From NCBI GenBank assembly GCA_964605915.1, contig CAZSET010000002.1:1-50467 (forward strand): a DNA stretch of 50,467 nt. Direction: 5' to 3'. This document shows positions 27,658-35,642 of this stretch, piece after piece (the stretch's first letter is position 1; the number at the start of each line of letters is the position of its first letter). Position numbers and translations under genes: made by a program. The notes beneath the pieces are model-generated. The model did not search any database. It was not told where the DNA came from and was given only the letters and a program-made list of their open reading frames with translations. The stretch is from an uncultured candidatus Brocadiaceae bacterium (lineage in GTDB: Bacteria > Planctomycetota > Brocadiia > SM23-32).

Positions 27658-27813
27658 AGCGTGGTCGGCACGGGCAGGGACCCGATCGGGAGCGTCTCTC
27701 CCTGCGAAGGCGATGCTTCTCTCTGTCCCTCGGATGAGTCGAGTCTGCGGGGGATGAGATAGGAGGCAGCGGGAACGGAAGGTCGTCGCGCGCACTCAGA
27801 AAGAGGGCATGAC

Positions 27814-29166
27814 ATGCGAAGGAAGAACAAGGCTGTGGTCGGGCTGGATGGCATGGAAGCGGCAGGGGAGAGTGGGAGAAAGGACGATCCGGGGCTGGTC
27901 GAGAGGGCGGCCCACAGGAGGGATCAGCGGGACCGGAAGGAGCGGATGCGTTGGTGGCACGAGGCGCGGTTCGGGATGCTGGCGACCTACGGGCTGCATT
28001 CCCATCCGCGCATCCTGAGCGCCGAGGACATGTACTGGGCGAAGATACCCGTCCGGGAGTATGAGAAGCTGGTCCGCGACTTCAAGCCGCGACCGGACGC
28101 CGCGCGCCTCTGGGCTGCCCTGGCGAAGAAGGCGGGCATGAAGTACATGGTCCTGGTGGCCAAGCACGACGACGGCTACTGCCTCTGGGACACGAAGCAG
28201 ACGGAGTTCAACTCCGTCCGGACGGGGCCGAAGCGAGACCTCGTCCAGGAATACGTGAACGCGTGCCGGCGGGCCGGGCTGAGGGTCGGCATCTACTTCT
28301 GCCTGAACGACTGGCGCGACCCCGACTGCGTGCGTGCGGCCAAGAGCAAGCGGGCCCGCAGGCGGTACCTGGACTTCGTCCAGGGCTGCGTGCGGGAACT
28401 CATGACGAACTACGGGAAGATCGACGTTTTCTGGCCCGACTACCCGGCGGCCCTGAAGTCGCCCGAGTTGTGGGAGAGCCAGAAGACGGTCGCCATGGTC
28501 CGCGAGCTTCAGCCGGATATCATCATCAACAACCGCCTCATGCTGCCGGAGGACTTCGGGACGCCGGAGGGCCACATCTCTCCGCAGGACCGCGCCTGGG
28601 AGTCGTGCATGACGCTGACCGGCACGGGCCTTTGGGGCTGGCGTTGGGAGCCTGAGGAGGACTGGGCGAGCCCGCGGGCCATCGTTGAGATGATCCGGCA
28701 GGTGACCAGCGGCGGCGGCAACCTGCTGCTGGACTTCGGGCCGCAGCCGGACGGGACGCCGCCCAAGATCGTCGAAGACCGCCTGCTCAAGGTCGGCAAA
28801 TGGCTGAAGGGCAACGAGGAGGCCGTCTATGGCATGGTCGACCGCGTCGAGCGCAAGCACTTCCACCCCTGGCTGAAGTACGGGAAGTGGACGCGCAAGG
28901 GCAACGTCGGGTACTTCTGGTGCCGGCACTGGCGCGGGAGCGAGCTGGTCATTGTTGACGAGAAGACGAAGGTGAAGCAGATCAGCTTCCTCAAGATGGG
29001 CAAGCCGGTGAAGTTCACCTGGGAACCGGGCAAGCTGGTGCTCAAAGGCCTGCCGGCGAGGGAGCCGGACAGGATTGCGCACACGACGGTGTTCAAGATC
29101 GAGTTCGCGGGGGCGCCAAGGCGAATGTCGGACCACGGCTACCCGCTGGTCTGGTGCGGTCGGTGA
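27814..29166 (+). CDS. Alpha-L-fucosidase, glycoside hydrolase family 29
   Basis: RMRWWHEARFGMLATYGLHS, GMKYMVLVAKHDDGYCLWDTKQTEFNSV, GPKRDLVQEYVNACRRAGLRVGIYFCLNDW and GGGNLLLDFGPQPDGTPP follow the GH29 pattern. RBS AAGAGGG lies upstream of ATG 27814. Confidence 0.9.
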   Translation: MRRKNKAVVGLDGMEAAGESGRKDDPGLVERAAHRRDQRDRKERMRWWHEARFGMLATYGLHSHPRILSAEDMYWAKIPVREYEKLVRDFKPRPDAARLWAALAKKAGMKYMVLVAKHDDGYCLWDTKQTEFNSVRTGPKRDLVQEYVNACRRAGLRVGIYFCLNDWRDPDCVRAAKSKRARRRYLDFVQGCVRELMTNYGKIDVFWPDYPAALKSPELWESQKTVAMVRELQPDIIINNRLMLPEDFGTPEGHISPQDRAWESCMTLTGTGLWGWRWEPEEDWASPRAIVEMIRQVTSGGGNLLLDFGPQPDGTPPKIVEDRLLKVGKWLKGNEEAVYGMVDRVERKHFHPWLKYGKWTRKGNVGYFWCRHWRGSELVIVDEKTKVKQISFLKMGKPVKFTWEPGKLVLKGLPAREPDRIAHTTVFKIEFAGAPRRMSDHGYPLVWCGR

Positions 29167-29381
29167 GAGGCGAGGTCCGGCTTGTGGCCAGTGCGGCTGC
29201 CCGTTGAGCTGATCCGCTGCGGCAGCGAGGTCATCTGGCGTGCTCGAGCTGCGAGGCACGCCTCGAGGGGTTCCCATTCCGACGAAGGCAGTGCATCTGC
29301 AGAGGAACAGAGGGAGCGCCCGGTCGGTCATTCCGGGGGCGTCTGTCACTGAAACTGTGACGGCCCCAGGAGCGGCCCAGG

Positions 29382-31217
29382 TCAGTTCTCGCTCGCGACA
29401 CCCGCTTTCAGGTACGGCATGAGATGCGTCTTGTGGTACTCCCACAGCTCGAAGAGCACGAACCCGTGCGCCCCCAGTTCTCGGGCGGCAGCGATCTCGT
29501 CCACCAGGATGTCCAGAGGGTTCTGGCTGCCGGGGCGTGGCCTCATCGAGGCCTTCATCCCCGGGCAGACCTGCGCACGTCCCGCCACGCGGTCCATGAT
29601 CTCGCCGAGGGTGCCGCGGAAATACGCCATGTCCTCGGTGTAGAGCATGGGACAGATGAAGTCAACAAGGCCCTCATCCACCCAGGCCGGCCAGTCCTGG
29701 CTGACGCGCAGGGCGGAGGGAGCGGGTTCCCAAACGGCTGCTGAGAGCTTCAGGTTCGGTTTCTTCTGCTTGAGGGCGTGACGCACTTCCCGGACGAAAC
29801 CCGTGATCTGTTCCCGCTTGAAGTCCGCATACGCCTCGCCTCTCGGGCCGCCGGGCACAACATCTGCGGGCCAGTTCACCACGGGCTCGCCGGTCTGCTC
29901 CTCGAAGCGCTTCCGGCAACCCTCGCAATAGCAGACGTGGGGCCCCTTATACCGAATGTAGTCCAGGTGGATTCCGTCGATGTCATAGTCGGCGGCCTCC
30001 AGGATTGCGTCCAGCTCGTACTTGCGGTTGCGCGGGTCGCTCGGGCAGAGCACGGGCAGCGTGTTGCCGGATCGGTCCACCTGGAGTCGATTCTCCCGCC
30101 GGAAAGGTCCGTCCGCTCCCCGCTCCGCCTGCCAGCCGATCTCCCAGCAGACTTTCCACAGGTGGACCTGGACGCCGTGTTCGCGCGACGCCTTGACGCA
30201 GGCGGCAAGCTGATCGCCCTCCTCCGCCACAATGGGATGGGTCGGCACCACTTTGCTGGGGTAATAGGCCACTCCGGCGAAGAGCATGTTCGGGAAGATG
30301 GCGTTCAGACCGCCATCGGCGATCATGGGGATCGCCTTATCCCAGGAGGCGCGCTTGCCGTCGATAACGGGGCCGCTGCCGTAATGGCACCAGAAGCCGC
30401 GCAGCTCCCCCGGCCTGGACTTCTGGACCATGGCATACGCCTGAGCCATGAGGTCGTGACAGGTGCGCACTTTCCCTTCGGCAGCGGGGTCATCGAGGCC
30501 CTGCGGGCCGGACAGGATTTCGGCCCTCAAGGCTCGGACTTGCTCAAGGCGGTCCTGTACTGCCTGCCGGTTCTCGGGACGCACAGCGTCCAGGATATGG
30601 TTGCGCGATTCCTCGAACGAACCAAATCTCCCAATCCTGCCGATATCTTCCGGCCGCGATCCCTTCGCCGCTTTGATCCACGCGACCTCAACTACCGTAT
30701 CCCGCCGTGCGCCCGGCAGAAAGCCGAATCTGAGCCGGTCCACGCTGTCCCAACCTGCCGGTTGACCTTCCCTGCCTGCGCGCCTCATCCAGAAGACCGC
30801 CGTTGCCCACTCGCTCTCGAGGCCGACCGTCTGAAAACCGTACCATCCGTCCCCGGTGTGCGCATAGAGGATACACACGACCGCGCCCGGGTCGTCGGTG
30901 CGCATACGGACGAGGAGCCGGTCCGCCCCGGATAGGTCGACGGGGCCAACTCGATCCCAGGCCACGCGCCAATCCTTGAGCGTGCTGAACGGCAACCGAA
31001 GGCGGGCCATTCTCTCGCCATCGGGGCCGACGGCAATGTCGGCCGGCGAGGTCTCCGCATTCTGTGGGCTCCATACCTCCTGAAGCGCCGAGGCGTCAGG
31101 ATAGTCGAACCGCTCGATTTCGATGCCGGTCGTGGGTCCGCCGGCCAGCGCCCAAGGCGCCGCCACTACCCACCACAGAATAGCTGCCAAGGACCTCGCC
31201 CTGCCATGCCTGGCCAT
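29382..31217 (-). CDS. Secreted glycoside-hydrolase-like family 10 (GHL10/DUF187, YngK-like) protein with an N-terminal beta-sandwich domain
   Basis: Signal peptide SLAAILWWVVAAPWALAGG. TIM-barrel segments LRGFWCHYGSG, GLNAIFPNMLFAGVAYYPS, VQVHLWKVCWE, DGIHLDYIRYKGPHVCYCEGCRKRFEE and AHGFVLFE. Strong GGAGG RBS before ATG 31217. Confidence 0.8.
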   Translation of the reverse strand: MARHGRARSLAAILWWVVAAPWALAGGPTTGIEIERFDYPDASALQEVWSPQNAETSPADIAVGPDGERMARLRLPFSTLKDWRVAWDRVGPVDLSGADRLLVRMRTDDPGAVVCILYAHTGDGWYGFQTVGLESEWATAVFWMRRAGREGQPAGWDSVDRLRFGFLPGARRDTVVEVAWIKAAKGSRPEDIGRIGRFGSFEESRNHILDAVRPENRQAVQDRLEQVRALRAEILSGPQGLDDPAAEGKVRTCHDLMAQAYAMVQKSRPGELRGFWCHYGSGPVIDGKRASWDKAIPMIADGGLNAIFPNMLFAGVAYYPSKVVPTHPIVAEEGDQLAACVKASREHGVQVHLWKVCWEIGWQAERGADGPFRRENRLQVDRSGNTLPVLCPSDPRNRKYELDAILEAADYDIDGIHLDYIRYKGPHVCYCEGCRKRFEEQTGEPVVNWPADVVPGGPRGEAYADFKREQITGFVREVRHALKQKKPNLKLSAAVWEPAPSALRVSQDWPAWVDEGLVDFICPMLYTEDMAYFRGTLGEIMDRVAGRAQVCPGMKASMRPRPGSQNPLDILVDEIAAARELGAHGFVLFELWEYHKTHLMPYLKAGVASEN

Positions 31218-31267
31218 GCGTTCACCTCCTATTTCAAATGCTCAAGGGCCTCCGCCCGTGCGGCGGC

Positions 31268-32395
31268 TCACGGCTGCAAAGCAACGCGCCACATCTCGAC
31301 GGGCTGGTAGCTGCCGCTCCAGTTGGCTCCGACTAGCATCTTGCCTGCGTCCCCCAGGTCTGCCACGCAGAGGCCGTGGCAGCCTTGGGTCGCGACGACT
31401 TCGCGCCGCCAGGCCAGGCTTCGGCCTTCGTTCACGTAGACGAGGACGCGCCGCCGCTCTGACTGGTGCATCTCGGCCGTCACGATGTCCGGAGCGCCGT
31501 CGCCGGTCAGATCACAAACGACCAGACTGTGCGCGTAGTCGAGCGAATCGTCCACGACGTGCTCCGTCCAGCGGGCATGCGGGTCGTCGGGCGCCTCGAA
31601 CCACGACAGCGTCCCCTTGCCCTCTGAGCGCGTCAGGACGATGTCGGGGCGGCCGTCGCCGCTCATGTCCGCCACGCGGACGATGGCGGGCGGGAACCAG
31701 TCGGCGAAGACGTGCTCCTGCCACTGGCCTCCGCGCAGGTCTTCGGGCGTCTCGTACCAGCGTCCGCCAATGACGATGTCAAGGCGCCCGGTGCCGGCCA
31801 GTTCGCCCAGTGCCAGGCCCTCGCCCTCGGGGCACTTCAGCTTGCGCGACTCCCATTGCTCTGGGCCGCTGCGCAGCCAGACGACGATCTCTGCGCCGGC
31901 TGAGTCCTGCTGGCGAGTGACGATCTCGAGCTCGCCGTCGGCGTCTATGTCGGCCACCCATACGTCGTGCGCGCGCGGACTGCCGATCTCGTGGCGCTTC
32001 CAGTGTCCGGTCGCCGGATCGCCGTCGGGAAGCGGATTCTCGTACCACTCCAATCGGTTCTTCGAATACCACTCGGGGATGACGAGGTCGAGATCGCCGT
32101 CGCCGTCCATGTCCACGAGCTTGGCGTCGCAGCTCCACTTGCCGGCCGGGGCGATCTCGTGACGGCTCAGGTCGACCAGGTCGTACCAGACCAGCGGCCC
32201 GCCGGCGCTGCTGGCCACCACCAGTTCATCCCTGCCGTCGCCGTTGAGGTCGCCGACCGTCTTGACGTGGGGGTTCTCGGGTCCGTCTGCGTCCACCATC
32301 ACATGCTTGAACATGCCGTTCATACCTCCCGTAGGGCCTGTGGCCGGTACAGTGACTGCGATGAGTGCCATTACCGTCAGGGGCACGTGATGCAT
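31268..32395 (-). CDS. FG-GAP/VCBS-repeat beta-propeller protein
   Basis: Repeated DxDGDG-type blades: GDLNGDGRDELVV, DMDGDGDLDLVI, ADIDADGELEIV, LAGTGRLDIVIG, ADMSGDGRPDIVL and CDLTGDGAPDIVT. The start is taken at MHHVPLTVMALIAVTVPA (ATG 32395) because the upstream 49 codons look non-coding. Confidence 0.85.
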   Translation of the reverse strand: MHHVPLTVMALIAVTVPATGPTGGMNGMFKHVMVDADGPENPHVKTVGDLNGDGRDELVVASSAGGPLVWYDLVDLSRHEIAPAGKWSCDAKLVDMDGDGDLDLVIPEWYSKNRLEWYENPLPDGDPATGHWKRHEIGSPRAHDVWVADIDADGELEIVTRQQDSAGAEIVVWLRSGPEQWESRKLKCPEGEGLALGELAGTGRLDIVIGGRWYETPEDLRGGQWQEHVFADWFPPAIVRVADMSGDGRPDIVLTRSEGKGTLSWFEAPDDPHARWTEHVVDDSLDYAHSLVVCDLTGDGAPDIVTAEMHQSERRRVLVYVNEGRSLAWRREVVATQGCHGLCVADLGDAGKMLVGANWSGSYQPVEMWRVALQP

Positions 32396-32551
32396 CGCCC
32401 GATCCTCCGGCAGCGCCCGAGGGCGGTCCCGCCCATGCCGGGGCCAGCGGAACCGCTCCACTGCCGCCGGCCTGATGCTGGCCAGCGCATCCGGCAGCCA
32501 TGCATCCCGGGACATGCTCGTGACGGACGGACGCGTCAGCAACGCCGGTCG

Positions 32552-34996
32552 TCAGCCGGACCGCCGGGGGACGACGGGCTCTGCACCCCAGGGGACGTTG
32601 TGGGACGGGGCAAAGGGCAAGCCCGGCCGGTAGGGCTCTGTGCCCGGGAAGGCGCCCGTCCGGAGCATGTCGTCATAGCGGCGGCCGTTCATCAGCAGCA
32701 TCACCGCGGCCGTGGCGCCGTAGTTGAAGCCGATGCATGGCTCCGAGAAGTACCAGTTGATGCGCGTGTCCCGCAGCCGCCGCGAGACGAACCGCGACAG
32801 GTTGGCCGAATGGTCGACCGCCATGTAGGGCATGCAGCCGGGGAACCACGCCCTGCGCCGCGGCGTCCACTCCAACATGTGGAACGGCGTGCTGACGCTC
32901 TCCGGCGCCACGTTGGTGATCGTGCAGAGCCGGTAAGAGTTGCGCCCGCCGATGTAGTGCAGATACTCCTGGGCCAGGGCACGGAAGCGCTCCTGCCCGG
33001 AGAACCGCCAGGCTGTGAGCAGCAGCCACGCCGTCTCGCCCATTCGCGCGGGGCTGTGGAACCACCCGTGCGGGTAGACCGCCACGCCGTACGGGTCTGC
33101 TGCGGACAGGTCGAACAGCACCTCGAGCTGGCCGACGAAGCGGCTGACGAACGACTCCCGCAGCTCAGGATCGGCATCCGGGTCCAGGGCGTACGAGATC
33201 CAGGCCACGTGGGCGCTGTCGTTCTTCCACGCGTTGCTGTCCCACTGCGGCTCCAGTCCCGCCAGCTCGGCTGCGACGTCGTGGAAGGACGGGTCCTTGG
33301 TGAGCCGCCACAGCTCGACGGCGGCCCAGAGCACGTCGTCCTGCCAGTTCGCTCCGCGCCGACCGCCCGGCGGAGGTTCGTTTGCGCGGGCCCAGTTCCA
33401 GGCGCGCGTCGCGCAGTCCTCGTACGTCCGGGCCGCTTCGGCGTCGTACGGCTGGAGACACCGCGCCGTCATGGCGAAGCAGGCGCAGATGCGCACGCTC
33501 TCGTCGTAGCTGAACCGATCGTCCCGGATGAAGCGCGGATCCGGGTCGTTCTCGTATCCGACGTCGTAGCCTCTCTCGGGATTGCCGCCGCGCTTGCCGG
33601 TCATCAGGTATCCGAGGCAGGCGCCGTCTTCGAGCTGCACCTCGCGCAGGAACTCGACGTGCCAGCGGACTTCATCGAGCATGTCGGGCACGCCGTTGCC
33701 GCTTTCGGGGATGTTGAGCTGTCCGTCAAAGTGCTTCTCTCTGGACATCTCCCAGGCCAGCAGCAGAGGTCCGACGCGCGTGGTATGTGGGAAGACGCGC
33801 GAGTCACCGGCGTCGATCCAGCCGTGACGGACCAGGTGCGTCCTGGACTCATCGCTCGCGAAGGGGATCGGGTCTGTGTAGATCTCGCCCCGGGCCCATT
33901 CGAACGCGTTCGCCGGAGGCAGCGCGGATCCGTTCCGCTGGAAGAAGAAGAACCTCCCCAGGTGGTGGAAAAGGTAGTCGTAGATGGCCTCGTTGACCAA
34001 GAAGGGGGCGGAAGCCCCCACGCCGGGGACCTCCAGCACGTACCGGCCCGGCTGCGTGACCGGCGTGAAGTCCGCTTCGTACACCCACTCGCCATAGATA
34101 ACGGGCTCGAAGGGCGCCCGCAGGGCGAGACGGCCCTCGTAGACGGAATCGCCGAGGCCGTCTCCCGCCGCGTCGGCCCTGCGGATGACAAACGGCGCTC
34201 CGTCCAGTCCGAACAGCCGGCTGCCGGCCACCAGGCCGATCTTGCGGCCCTGCGGCGCGTAGCCGACGTGGTCCACGCGAACCGGGCCGCGCTCCGGCTC
34301 CGGGCCGTGCGAGCGCAGCACGATGTTGTCCAGGTCCACCTGCAGGCTGCCGGAGAACTTGTCCGAGCCGATCACGAGCCTCTCGGCCACGTGCAGCAGC
34401 GCGTCCGGGCCCCCCAGGTCCATGTCGGCGATGGGGATGGCGACGTGCTGCCAGCCGTCGGCGTCCTCGAGATAGGGGTCGATGAGTGTCAAGGGCGCGG
34501 GCTCTGCGGACCTGTGCAGGCAGTCGAACGTTACGCCGAGTCCCCGGCCTTTGGCGTCTCCGCGCAGGTCGAACTCGAGCGCCCCCTGCGGCCGATACCC
34601 GTAAACGTCGAAGTACGGCTTGCACCGGTCACGAGACGTGACAGTCCCGGTCAGCTCCGGTTGCAGTGTGACCCGCCACACGCTGTCCGGCGTCTCTGCG
34701 TTGAGGGCCAGTTGCAGGCCGCGTTCGCCCTCCTTCGCCGCCGCGTCCGAGAGCAGGTCGCTGGAGTTGCCGAGCCCTGACACTTTGCCAGAGATCACCT
34801 CGCTCCATGCGCAGTTGCTGCTGGGCCCCCAGGGATTCTGCCGCTCGATCCGCTCCCGCAGGAAGACGATCTCCTGGAGGCGGGTCGCTTCGGCGACGCG
34901 CTCGGGCGTCCACTCCTGCGCAGTTGCCAGAGCGGGAACGCACAGCGCCAGAACGAAGCCGATGGCCAGTGCCGTGTGGAGTCCCGGGCCTTGCAT
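32552..34996 (-). CDS. Glycoside hydrolase family 9 with a CelD_N Ig-like domain and an extra N-terminal domain
   Basis: Signal peptide HTALAIGFVLALCVPALATAQE. Ig-like VRVDHVGYAPQGRKIGLV. (alpha/alpha)6 motifs FFFFQRNG, HGWIDAGDSRVF, GVPDMLDEVRWHVEFL and YFSEPCIGFNYGA. GGAGG RBS before ATG 34996. Confidence 0.85.
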   Translation of the reverse strand: MQGPGLHTALAIGFVLALCVPALATAQEWTPERVAEATRLQEIVFLRERIERQNPWGPSSNCAWSEVISGKVSGLGNSSDLLSDAAAKEGERGLQLALNAETPDSVWRVTLQPELTGTVTSRDRCKPYFDVYGYRPQGALEFDLRGDAKGRGLGVTFDCLHRSAEPAPLTLIDPYLEDADGWQHVAIPIADMDLGGPDALLHVAERLVIGSDKFSGSLQVDLDNIVLRSHGPEPERGPVRVDHVGYAPQGRKIGLVAGSRLFGLDGAPFVIRRADAAGDGLGDSVYEGRLALRAPFEPVIYGEWVYEADFTPVTQPGRYVLEVPGVGASAPFLVNEAIYDYLFHHLGRFFFFQRNGSALPPANAFEWARGEIYTDPIPFASDESRTHLVRHGWIDAGDSRVFPHTTRVGPLLLAWEMSREKHFDGQLNIPESGNGVPDMLDEVRWHVEFLREVQLEDGACLGYLMTGKRGGNPERGYDVGYENDPDPRFIRDDRFSYDESVRICACFAMTARCLQPYDAEAARTYEDCATRAWNWARANEPPPGGRRGANWQDDVLWAAVELWRLTKDPSFHDVAAELAGLEPQWDSNAWKNDSAHVAWISYALDPDADPELRESFVSRFVGQLEVLFDLSAADPYGVAVYPHGWFHSPARMGETAWLLLTAWRFSGQERFRALAQEYLHYIGGRNSYRLCTITNVAPESVSTPFHMLEWTPRRRAWFPGCMPYMAVDHSANLSRFVSRRLRDTRINWYFSEPCIGFNYGATAAVMLLMNGRRYDDMLRTGAFPGTEPYRPGLPFAPSHNVPWGAEPVVPRRSG

Positions 34997-35302
34997 CTTG
35001 CATACCTCCGTTAGGGGTCTTGGGCGGCCAAGCTACAGCCGGACCCATCCCGTGTCAAGGATTGAACAGCCGGATGGACGGCCCGTCGCCCAAGCTGCGG
35101 GTGCCTTCCGTGCGCCCGGGGCTGTTATCGAAGCTTCAGTTCGCGGAAGGCCTGACGATTGCCGTAGCGTGGAGCCGCATCCGCACCGAACCTGCTGCGG
35201 CCGGACTGCGTCTGTATCTACAGAAGGGTCGTGGCGGGCCGGCGGACATGGGAGTACACTGGCCAACCGACTTTGTGGAATTGCGCAGGTGCGGGGACGG
35301 CC

Positions 35303-35536
35303 ATGCAGGAACTCGTCGAGAGGGCGCAGCGGGGCGATTTGAAGGCCTTCGGCCAGTTGGTCGAACGCTTCCAGGACGCCGTCCACGAGCATGCGCACGT
35401 CGGGTTTTCCACCTTCGGTGCGGCGCCTGCGCCCGGCAGATGTCTTGACGCTGACCGGGCCGGCGCTACAATAGCCGGCGTTAGTTCGATGGTGCTGCAA
35501 CTCGCACGCAACGCAATGAAGGGCTTTGGGCGTTGA
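35303..35536 (+). pseudogene. ECF sigma factor N-terminal stub (only ~30 codons of homology)
   Basis: MQELVERAQRGDLKAFGQLVERFQDAV is a typical ECF region-2 leader. Homology then stops, with no region 2.2-2.4 or region 4. Confidence 0.5.
35445..35472 (+). promoter_or_regulatory. Candidate promoter for the RM-like module (TTGACG-N16-TACAAT)
   Basis: TTGACG at 35445-35450, 16-nt spacer, TACAAT at 35467-35472, about 170 nt upstream of ATG 35643 and inside the sigma-factor stub. Confidence 0.45.
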
Positions 35537-35564
35537 TCCCTCGTGGTGTGCCTGTTGGCGATCG

Positions 35565-35593
35565 GGGCCGGACAGGGTTGAGCCTGTCGGCCC
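35565..35593 (+). other. Stable hairpin in the 5' leader of the RM-like module
   Basis: GGGCCGGACAGG / CCTGTCGGCCC gives 11 bp with one bulged G and a 6-nt loop. There is no U-tract, so it is not a classical terminator. Confidence 0.4.
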
Positions 35594-35642
35594 GACAACA
35601 CGAATCCAGTCGGCATTCCAGTTCCAGGCGATGGGGGGACAG

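Noticed and set aside
29167-29381. Hairpins between the convergent GH29 and GHL10-like genes (GGCGTGC...GCACGCC at 29237-29262; GTCAC-N7-GTGAC near 29345) as bidirectional terminators.
   Set aside because: The stems are short and neither has a flanking U/A tract, so I cannot distinguish them from chance GC-rich pairing.
27796-29445. 549-aa ORF on the - strand opposite the GH29 gene. Similar shadow ORFs lie at 29778-30935 (+), 26077-27795 (-), 45089-46771 (+), 44244-45917 (-), 45939-46862 (-), 16483-17544 (-), 12661-13635 (+), 14112-15209 (+), 9828-10985 (+), 10132-11076 (-), 3688-4755 (-), 7236-8006 (+) and 35033-35887 (-).
   Set aside because: All are antisense or out-of-frame to confidently identified genes. 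They have biased R/P/A/G composition and no motifs. The one exception is the 3' end of 10132-11076, which may carry a thioredoxin active-site relic and is noted under the graveyard finding.
31967-34780. 937-aa ORF on the + strand opposite the GH9 and FG-GAP genes.
   Set aside because: It is Arg/Ala/Gly/Pro-rich with no recognisable motif, and it lies fully antisense to two genes that have clear family signatures, signal peptides and RBSs. This is a typical GC-rich shadow ORF.
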